From an uncultured Candidatus Entotheonella sp. (GTDB lineage Bacteria > Tectomicrobia > Entotheonellia > Entotheonellales > Entotheonellaceae): a stretch of 64,000 bases of DNA. This document shows, in pieces, positions 20,517-28,340 of the stretch. Every line of letters begins with the position of its first letter. Within the stretch, counting starts at the first letter, position 1. The notes beneath the pieces are model-generated. The model had not been told where the DNA came from. It worked only from the letters and a program-made list of their open reading frames with translations, and ran no database searches. A program made the translations under genes and the position numbers. The stretch covers positions 544,001 through 608,000 of the forward strand of contig OZ244252.1 in the NCBI GenBank assembly GCA_965217185.1, given 5' to 3'.

Positions 20517-20966
20517 TCACAGTTTGAGAGCGGCAATTTGTTCGTGGGACTCGAAATCGGTCGGCTGACTTGCTTCGTAAGCCTCCCAACGGGTCGGAGA
20601 CCACAATTCGAGCTTCTTTCCAACGCCCACCATGTGAGCCTCGGAGCCGATGCCGGCGCAATGTCGCAACTTCTGAGGAATCAGCATGCGTCCCTGTCGG
20701 TCCAGGTTCAACATGGAGGCGCTGGAGTAAAAGCTGCGTGTGAAAGAGCGGGCCTTGGCATCGTTTGGCAACTCATTCACCTGTTCCTGAATATCCACCC
20801 AAACGGGCTTGGGGTAGACGACCAAACAGTTTTCGAAATACCTGGTGATGAACAGGAGACCCCCGTCCTCAGGGCCGTAGAGCTCGTGTAGGATGTGACG
20901 CAGCCCTGCGGGTACGCTTAAGCGACCCTTTTCGTCCAGGCTGAGATCGTATTCCCCCACTAACAC
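20517..20966 (-). CDS. mraZ: Division/cell-wall cluster transcriptional repressor MraZ
   Basis: Twin DxxGR motifs (LDEKGRL, LDRQGRM); first gene of the dcw cluster. Confidence 0.96.
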   Translation of the reverse strand: MLVGEYDLSLDEKGRLSVPAGLRHILHELYGPEDGGLLFITRYFENCLVVYPKPVWVDIQEQVNELPNDAKARSFTRSFYSSASMLNLDRQGRMLIPQKLRHCAGIGSEAHMVGVGKKLELWSPTRWEAYEASQPTDFESHEQIAALKL

Positions 20967-21000
20967 AACAGGGCGTCCTTTTAGGATTATTGAGGCATTT

Positions 21001-21030
21001 CACTCCACTTCATCCCATTCTCTCCCACAT
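21001..21030 (-). promoter_or_regulatory. MraZ-binding direct repeats
   Basis: Minus strand reads ATGTGGGAGA GAATGGGATG AAGTGGAGTG: three TGG(G/A) cores in exact 10-bp phase just downstream of the promoter, matching the described MraZ operator architecture. Confidence 0.8.
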
Positions 21031-21035
21031 AGGAG

Positions 21036-21064
21036 AATATAGGAACTGCCTCGAAACCCGTCAA
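21036..21064 (-). promoter_or_regulatory. Sigma70-type promoter of the dcw operon
   Basis: TTGACG-N17-TATATT on the minus strand, immediately upstream of the MraZ repeats. Confidence 0.7.
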
Positions 21065-21190
21065 GGGGTAAATTCCGACGCCTGTGAAATCATGGGTCTC
21101 GTGCACCACTATGACGGTGCGTTGAGGAATATGAAAAACATTCGGCGATGGCCGATACATGAAGAAACATAAAGGCGGGTTATGGGTTCA

Positions 21191-21635
<445 letters not shown>

Positions 21636-21966
21636 TAAAAAGACGGGCGTTGTTCAGCACTCGGCGTGCATTCGTGCTTCATTATCGAAAGCGGTGAGAC
21701 TGGTCGCTTCGGTGGTCAATACCCTGGGTCATACTGCTGTGGGCCGATCGACCCTGAGAGATGGAACAACGAGCATAAAACCCAACAATATGAGATAGCG
21801 TGTCTCGTTGCCTTCGTATGTGCGGTACGTAACCAGGACGACAGGTTTGCGCTACAGGAGCGGACAGGGGCTTGATGGCTTTGCCCTTCCGGCGTATGAC
21901 CTCTCCGCTCCGTAGCGAGCGAGTGGGGTGGGGTCTTACTGAGCCTCTATGCGGTGTTCCCAAACC

Positions 21967-22347
21967 CTAATTGCCGCCTTGGTACGGCGGAACCGCAAGC
22001 GTTCGTAAAAAAGCTACGAGGTTCTGCAATTGATCATCTTTCAGGTCAAACTGCGGCGGCATGATCGGGGATTTGCCAACAGCGGGACCGCCTTCTTTGA
22101 TTACTCTGATCAGATTTTCGTCCGACAGCGCATTCATGTAAGCCCCATCGGTGTGGTCCCGCGGTGGGGGCCGCAAGGCTTTGGCGGTCGGCGTATTGGC
22201 CTTGCCATCCGGCCCGTGGCAAGGGGCGCAACGCTGTTCATAAAGCGCCTGGCCAGCTTCGATATCCGCCGATTCGGCAAGACCGGCAATACCGACCAAT
22301 GCCGCTACTGCCGTCGTCAAGAAAACCACCACATACTTACTGAACAT
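21967..22347 (-). CDS. Periplasmic monoheme c-type cytochrome
   Basis: Signal peptide, CAPCH heme motif, distal Met in IMPP. Confidence 0.92.
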   Translation of the reverse strand: MFSKYVVVFLTTAVAALVGIAGLAESADIEAGQALYEQRCAPCHGPDGKANTPTAKALRPPPRDHTDGAYMNALSDENLIRVIKEGGPAVGKSPIMPPQFDLKDDQLQNLVAFLRTLAVPPYQGGN

Positions 22348-22455
22348 ATCCGACAAACCTCCTCCCTTGAGAAACAGACAAATACCACGTCCTCCGCAGC
22401 GCTCGCTGCTCCTGTCGTCCCGTGCTCTGCGAACCCTCTTCGCGAGTGAACCTGT

Positions 22456-23550
22456 CTATGTGGAGACGGGAATCAGTTCCGAAATATCCAGGTTGGGACG
22501 TGCATCAAGATCGAGGAAGGCAGGGTACTGGTAAAGCTCCCCGCAAGCCTCGTATCGGAAAGCTGCTGCCGCGGCAATCATGGCGGCATTATCGGTACAT
22601 AAAATAGGGGATGGAAAGAGAACCGGCAAACCCAACGATTCTCCCACCAAAGCCATCCGCCGTCGAAGCGCTGTGTTGCAGGCCACCCCGCCTACCACGG
22701 CAATGGCTTCAGCCTTTGTCTGTTCGACGGCTCGAATCGTTTTGCTTACCAAGGCATCAACAACCGCTTCCTGGAAGCTGGCCAGAATGTCGTTGCGGTC
22801 TTGTTCCCATTGTGGGCCATCAGGTAGCGGCCAAAAGGAATCGTCCTGAAAGAATCGTTGGCCGTGCAGGTCGCTTACGTCGAGGAGGTAAGATCGGACA
22901 GCGGATTTCACGCCGCTGAAACTGAAGTCCAGGTTGTTCTGTCCCTGCATGGCGCGCGGGAAGTGGACCGCTGCAGGGTTCCCATGCACTGCCAAGCGGT
23001 TGACAACCGGACCTCCAGGATAGCCCAAGCTGAGCATCTTGGCAACTTTGTCGAAGCATTCGCCGGCAGCGTCGTCGCGCGTCCGTCCCAGCACGTCGTA
23101 TCGTCCCCTTTGCGGGCAATAATATAGGTCCGAATGCCCTCCGGAGACCACTAAGGCGACGAACGGACACGGCACGGGTTCGTCCCCGAGGTAGATGGCG
23201 CTGACGTGGCCGTCCAGATGATGCACGCCGACCAGCGGTTTTCCCAAGCCGTAGGCCAGGGATTTCGCAAAGCTCAGCCCAATCAGAAGCGCGCCGACGA
23301 GCCCCGGACCTTGCGTGACGCCGATGAGGTCGATGTCGCGCAGCGTCACGCCTGCCTGCTCCAGGGCGGCTTCGACCACGGGCCGGATGTTTTCGGTGTG
23401 GCTCCGGCAAGCCAGTTCCGGAACCACGCCCCCGTAGGCCGCGTGGATGTTGTGTTGTGAGGAAATGATGTTGGCGAGGACATCGTGCCCGTCCGCTAAA
23501 ACAGCAGCGGACGTTTCGTCGCACGAGGTCTCGATTCCCAAGGTGAGCAT
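22456..23550 (-). CDS. tsaD: tRNA N6-adenosine threonylcarbamoyltransferase
   Basis: LGIETSCDETS, YGGVVPELA, HHLDGH, VSGGHS, DDAAGECFDK, FSFSG, CTDNAAMI. Confidence 0.98.
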   Translation of the reverse strand: MLTLGIETSCDETSAAVLADGHDVLANIISSQHNIHAAYGGVVPELACRSHTENIRPVVEAALEQAGVTLRDIDLIGVTQGPGLVGALLIGLSFAKSLAYGLGKPLVGVHHLDGHVSAIYLGDEPVPCPFVALVVSGGHSDLYYCPQRGRYDVLGRTRDDAAGECFDKVAKMLSLGYPGGPVVNRLAVHGNPAAVHFPRAMQGQNNLDFSFSGVKSAVRSYLLDVSDLHGQRFFQDDSFWPLPDGPQWEQDRNDILASFQEAVVDALVSKTIRAVEQTKAEAIAVVGGVACNTALRRRMALVGESLGLPVLFPSPILCTDNAAMIAAAAAFRYEACGELYQYPAFLDLDARPNLDISELIPVST

Positions 23551-23604
23551 GGTGGGATTCCGTCAGGGGCGCCGACCAAGCGCTACCCAGCGTGGACCGC
23601 GAAG

Positions 23605-24876
23605 TTACTCCTGCGGTTCGGCCTGGGCTGCCTTCTTCTCGTCTGTCATCTTGTTGGTGAGGAAGTCGAAAGCCTTTTTCAGTTGCGTATCACCGGACAG
23701 ATCTTCACCCGGCAACTCCATCTGACGACGGCTGCGCAGTTCCGACGCCTGCTCGTCGCCCTCAGGCTCGGGTACCGGTTCCAGCTCGACGACGATATCC
23801 GGCGTGATCCCCTTGCCGTGAATTTCGGCGTTGTTGGGGGTGTAATACTTCGCTGTCGTCAGACGCAAGCCTGAGCCGTCGCTGAGCGGAATGATCGTTT
23901 GCACCGAGCCCTTGCCGAAGCTCTGCGTGCCGATGAGGGTGGCGCGGTCCCAGTCCTTCAAGGCGCCGGCAACAATTTCGGAAGCACTGGCGCTGCCACC
24001 GTTGATCAGAATGGCCAGCGGCTGGTTGTCCCAAATGTCCCCGCCTTTCGAGAACCCCTTCATATTCTGATTGGTCAGACGCCCTTTGGTGTAAACGACC
24101 AGCTTGCCGTTTTCCAGAAAGACCTCGGACACCGCGATGGCCTGGTCCAGAAGGCCGCCCGGATTGTTGCGGAGGTCAAGGACGAGGGCGGAGATGCCTT
24201 GCGACTCAAGGTCCTGCAGGGCTTCCTTCACCTCGTTCACGGTGGTTTTCTGGAAGCTTCGGACCTTGATGTATCCCACATCTTCAGGCAGCTTGGTCCA
24301 TCGCACACTTTGGATCTTAATGACCGCGCGGACAATGGTGAAATCCTTGGGTTCGGCAAACCCTGGGCGCAGGATGCCGATCGTCACCTCTGTGCCTTCG
24401 GGACCTCGAAGCTTCTTCACCGCTTCGATCAACGTCATGTCCTTGGTCGACTCACCCTCCACGAGCACGATTTTATCGCCGGCCTGGACGCCCGCCCGGA
24501 AGGCCGGCGTGCCCTCGATAGGGGAGACCACGGTCAGCACGTCGTCGCGAATCGTAATTTCGATGCCCAAACCGCCGAAGCGTCCTTCCGTTTCGACCTG
24601 CATTTCGCTGAACATTTCCGGCGGCATAAAGGACGAATGCGGATCCAGGCTGCGCAGCATGCCGCGGATGGCACCGTGGATGACCCGCTCGGGCTCCACT
24701 TCCTCCACATAATTTGCTTCGACGTAGGAAAGGACTTCCGTGAAAATCTTCAGGTCTTCGTAGCGCTCAATTTGGAAGGGGTGGCGATTCGCCATCACCA
24801 CGCCCGTGCAAATACTCACCAGAACGACGATGACTGACCATAGCCACACCGGCTTTCCCCGAAGCTTCCGCGCCAT
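23605..24876 (-). CDS. ctpA: Carboxy-terminal processing protease (S41, PDZ domain)
   Basis: LDPHS, FGGLGIEI, DLRNNPGG, SASASE, FGKGSVQ; start ATG 24876 behind AAGGAAA. Confidence 0.93.
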   Translation of the reverse strand: MARKLRGKPVWLWSVIVVLVSICTGVVMANRHPFQIERYEDLKIFTEVLSYVEANYVEEVEPERVIHGAIRGMLRSLDPHSSFMPPEMFSEMQVETEGRFGGLGIEITIRDDVLTVVSPIEGTPAFRAGVQAGDKIVLVEGESTKDMTLIEAVKKLRGPEGTEVTIGILRPGFAEPKDFTIVRAVIKIQSVRWTKLPEDVGYIKVRSFQKTTVNEVKEALQDLESQGISALVLDLRNNPGGLLDQAIAVSEVFLENGKLVVYTKGRLTNQNMKGFSKGGDIWDNQPLAILINGGSASASEIVAGALKDWDRATLIGTQSFGKGSVQTIIPLSDGSGLRLTTAKYYTPNNAEIHGKGITPDIVVELEPVPEPEGDEQASELRSRRQMELPGEDLSGDTQLKKAFDFLTNKMTDEKKAAQAEPQE

Positions 24877-25180
24877 GAGATTTTCCTTGTTGAGTTGGGG
24901 CCCGCTCCTCAGCCGCCAAGTCCCTTTGGCCGGCCGCTGCCTGCTCAAACGCATGTCAACACGGGTTAGGTTAGGAATTACCAACTAGCGTACCATAATC
25001 CTGAATCCTGCAAAATCAAAACGGGACAAAGTAAAACCGAATGAAATCCGTATCAAAGACGCATCAGAGAGATGAGCGACCATAAGACAAACGGCCGGTC
25101 TTGTAAAGCTCGCGGAAGGGGCAACGCCGCCCCGTGGAAATTTGCGACGGCACGAAACACGAAAAAAGTACTGAGGATGT

Positions 25181-25207
25181 TTGACATGCGCGACAATCCC
25201 GTATAAA
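25181..25207 (+). promoter_or_regulatory. Possible distal promoter upstream of the porin leader
   Basis: Perfect TTGACA followed 15 nt later by TATAAA; spacing is non-optimal. Confidence 0.35.
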
Positions 25208-25357
25208 AGGGGCGTATGTTAACAGTTTAACAAGGCGTTGTGCGCTGGGACGGGTCGCGTTCCGGCACCCCGCTCGTGGGCCGCTGGCGCACGGTGGGTG
25301 GGCATGACCGCAACTCTGGGATGGTCAATTCCAGAAATTCTACCGCCATGTGGTCTA

Positions 25358-25388
25358 TTGACGGCGGTGTCGAAACCGTGGTAAACAT
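25358..25388 (+). promoter_or_regulatory. Possible proximal promoter for the porin gene
   Basis: TTGACG-N18-TAAACAT with an extended -10 TG. Confidence 0.35.
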
Positions 25389-25635
25389 CCCGCCTTGTTA
25401 ACCGGACGCTAACACGAACCAAACGGCGGCGTACCGGAGGGCAACCTGCGAAAGGCAGAGGGGGGCACGTCTTGCAACGTGTTGCGATGCCAATAGCCAG
25501 GAACGCCGTAACGCCCCAGCGTGCACCTCCGGTGCGGTACGATGGGTGTAAAGGGTGACCATTGGGCAAGCTTGTAACGAGGTGCTGCCAATCTAAGGAC
25601 CAACGTAACGTAGGCCACACAAAGGAGTCCAGTCC

Positions 25636-27141
25636 ATGACCTATGTACCCAGAATTCTTGTCCTGCTGTTAGTGGGGCTTTTTATGATGAGCGCGTCAGC
25701 TTCGGCCGACGACCGGCTGTCGGTTAGCGGTAACATGGATTTCCGTTTTCTCATGTTTGAGAACTACTCCAATAATGACCGCAACTACACGGATGCGGCG
25801 CTGGGAACCCCCGCGGTGCCAGGCCAGCGCGGCGATGAAGACTCGCTGACCTGGATGCACCAGCGCTTCAATTTTGCGATTTCAGTGGAAGCGTTTGAGA
25901 ACAGCAAGGTGGTTGTCCAGACGCACGTCGATCAGCAATGGGGTATGCAGACTTACAACATCGGCGTTGGCGCCTACAGCGGCGCCTTTGTGATTGAAGG
26001 GTACTGGCTGGAAGGCCTGATTCCCGGCACCGCGGCGAAGTTCCAGATCGGTGTTCCCTATTTCGCCGCCGAGTCCGGAGGATGGGCTGCAGCCAACAAG
26101 ATCTTTAACACCGCTGCTCCTGGCGCAACGCTAAGCGCCCCGCTCAGTGACACGATCAGCACCTACACGTGGTTTTCGTGGATCGGGCAAGATCTTGACG
26201 GCTATAATGGGGGCTCGGTCACAACGGGAGTTGGTAACGGGGGCGGCCATGGCGACGATTGGGCTCTCGGTAGTCGTGCCACCTTAACGCTCGGGGAAGG
26301 TCTGGAGGCTGATCTAATATACGCATACCATTTCACGGAATGCGGTGCCGCGCACAAAGCGGTCTCCGACACGCCCTGCGACACGGGCGCGTTATACGGT
26401 GCGGGCAGCAATACGGCGTATGAAGAAAACCGCCACTGGATCGGCAGCACCCTGCGTTACGATTATGCCGATTTCAGCTTTTCGCCTACCCTGATCCTGT
26501 ACATTGCCGATGATGAACTGGCGGGGGAGACCGAGTCCATACTGCTGGACGTGCGCGCTGGTTACAGCGTGGGTCCGCTGTCGCTTTCGGGCCGGATCGT
26601 GTACACGCCGGGTAGTGGAGTCGACGCGAACGGCATGCAACGCACCGACAAGGACTATGACGTGATCGGGGTCTGGGGCATCCCTCATGCTACCCAGTGG
26701 TTCTCCTTGCTTGGCAATTCCTCCGGCAGCCCCACCTTTAACGACTTGGGCCCCTTGCTGGTCAACGATTCCGTTCAGGGAAATATCAGGCACGAGAGTT
26801 TCGGCCTGATGCACGTTGCCGCCAAGGCAGAATATACGCTGACGCCGCAAACGACCATTGGGGCGGCCGTGGGTCTCTTCAATACTGCCGAAGAGACTGC
26901 GGGCATCCCGAGGGATGGGGATGCGGGTGAGGCTCTTGAAGGCGCTACGTACGTTGGCGGGTCGCACCTTGGGACCGAGGTTGATGCGTTCCTGCATTAC
27001 AATCTGTATCCGAATACCACCATTTCCCTGTTCGTGGCTTATGCCATGATGGGCGACGCTCTGGATCTGCGTACGTCGGCTGGCACGTTCGAGTCCCAGG
27101 ACGTGTTTGGCGCCGGTGGCAGATTTGTGTACAGCTTCTAA
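25636..27141 (+). CDS. Outer-membrane beta-barrel (porin-like) protein
   Basis: Signal peptide (ASA|), alternating amphipathic beta-strands rich in aromatics and Gly, C-terminal GRFVYSF beta-signal, strong RBS AAAGGAG, own terminator. Confidence 0.8.
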   Translation: MTYVPRILVLLLVGLFMMSASASADDRLSVSGNMDFRFLMFENYSNNDRNYTDAALGTPAVPGQRGDEDSLTWMHQRFNFAISVEAFENSKVVVQTHVDQQWGMQTYNIGVGAYSGAFVIEGYWLEGLIPGTAAKFQIGVPYFAAESGGWAAANKIFNTAAPGATLSAPLSDTISTYTWFSWIGQDLDGYNGGSVTTGVGNGGGHGDDWALGSRATLTLGEGLEADLIYAYHFTECGAAHKAVSDTPCDTGALYGAGSNTAYEENRHWIGSTLRYDYADFSFSPTLILYIADDELAGETESILLDVRAGYSVGPLSLSGRIVYTPGSGVDANGMQRTDKDYDVIGVWGIPHATQWFSLLGNSSGSPTFNDLGPLLVNDSVQGNIRHESFGLMHVAAKAEYTLTPQTTIGAAVGLFNTAEETAGIPRDGDAGEALEGATYVGGSHLGTEVDAFLHYNLYPNTTISLFVAYAMMGDALDLRTSAGTFESQDVFGAGGRFVYSF

Positions 27142-27164
27142 TCTAACCCCCGCCAAGTAGGTTT

Positions 27165-27205
27165 CGATGGCCGACGGCTTCCCTAGCCGTCGGCCATCGT
27201 TATTT
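27165..27205 (+). terminator. Intrinsic terminator after the porin gene
   Basis: 15-bp perfect stem CGATGGCCGACGGCT / AGCCGTCGGCCATCG followed by TTATTT. Confidence 0.8.
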
Positions 27206-27213
27206 CAGTGCCT

Positions 27214-27255
27214 TGATGTAGGTCGGATTAGCGAAGCGTAATCCGACCTACATCA
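27214..27255. repeat. GTAG-family REP palindrome (copy 1)
   Basis: TGATGTAGGTCGGATTA-GCGAAGCG-TAATCCGACCTACATCA, a perfect 17-bp inverted repeat. Confidence 0.85.
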
Positions 27256-27416
27256 TTCTATGCGTCTTCCTATTTTCACCCGTCTCAGAGCGCCCGAAGC
27301 AGTACCATTTGGCCCTGGAGTATAAAGACCCCGCCGTGCGTTTGCCCCCTTCGGAAGGGTGCTGGTATCATCTTGCCGCCATGTGGAATTACCAACGTCA
27401 TGAGAAGGACCGGGCC

Positions 27417-28136
27417 ATGAGAAATCGCGGATTGGCAGTGGTGTTGGGGTGGTTGGCCGCCGCCCTGCTCTGGTGGCCGGGAATACCGGAAGCGGCCATG
27501 TACCAACTCCAGGTGGCCAGCGTTCCCGAGCGTGTTTTCATGTACTTTGTCGAAGGTCGCGCGTTGCCGCGTGCCGAGGCATTCTTCGATGACACCGGGC
27601 GTTCCAAATTCGTGCTATTCCGCGACCGGCAGCCGCAACTGCTGGAGCCGATGGCACCGGATCGGTCGGCGCCTTTGCCCGTTAACGTCACGCTTCCGAA
27701 GCCAAACAACCCGTGGGGCGTAACGACCTGGGACGGCGAGGCGGGGCAACTGGCGGTGTTTCGCATCCGCGGCATACAGAGTGATCACCAGAAGCTGAGG
27801 CGGGTTGCGGTGCAAACGGATGGAGTTCTGACCCGGTTTCCGGTGCGCGGCATTCCGGCTTCCCAATCTCAGCGGCTGCAGGTGCCGGCGACCGCGTCAA
27901 ATTATCTGGTGCATGTCATGCAAAGCGGTACGTTTCCGGCCTGGGTTGAACGGCGTGCGGTGTCCTACGACGGGCTGTCGGTGATCGTCGGAAGGCACCA
28001 TAACGCGCAGGAATCCGACACGGTGTACTTGGTGGTGCGCATGCCGCAGACAGGGCGGTCGTACAAGGTCATACTGGGCTGGAAAAACGTGAAGCGAGAG
28101 GGTGGATATGCAAACAATCAGGGCAGGCGCAATTAA
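27417..28136 (+). CDS. Secreted hypothetical protein
   Basis: Start moved to MRNRGLAVV at 27417; signal-peptide-like N-terminus; beta-rich mature part; no family recognised. Confidence 0.75.
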   Translation: MRNRGLAVVLGWLAAALLWWPGIPEAAMYQLQVASVPERVFMYFVEGRALPRAEAFFDDTGRSKFVLFRDRQPQLLEPMAPDRSAPLPVNVTLPKPNNPWGVTTWDGEAGQLAVFRIRGIQSDHQKLRRVAVQTDGVLTRFPVRGIPASQSQRLQVPATASNYLVHVMQSGTFPAWVERRAVSYDGLSVIVGRHHNAQESDTVYLVVRMPQTGRSYKVILGWKNVKREGGYANNQGRRN

Positions 28137-28181
28137 ACGATTTCCGTATAGGCTTGAATCATGTGTGGACTGGCCGCTCCA

Positions 28182-28273
28182 AGTAGGTTGGATTAGCCGT
28201 AGGCGTAACTCGGTAGCAGAAGTCTGTGGGGCGAAAAGGAAGGTCGGATTATGCTTCGTTAATCCGACCTACT
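28182..28273. repeat. Inverted REP doublet (REPIN-like; copies 2 and 3)
   Basis: AGTAGGTTGGATTAGCCGTAGGCGTAA ... GGTCGGATTATGCTTCGTTAATCCGACCTACT: two inward-facing copies of the 27214 unit. Confidence 0.75.
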
Positions 28274-28340
28274 GCTTGATGCGGAAATGCTCTGGAACAA
28301 AGGGCTGCGCCAGCCGCGGCCGGCAGCAGGGGAGAAGCGT

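Noticed and set aside
21700..21960. 6S RNA candidate
   Set aside because: I could not find the closing stem and central bubble of 6S RNA; only one hairpin is supported.
25438..25470. c-di-GMP-I riboswitch-like GGGCAACCTGCGAAAGGCAG
   Set aside because: Lacks the GGCAAACC...GGGACGCAAA core and the tetraloop receptor; kept only as part of an unassigned structured leader.
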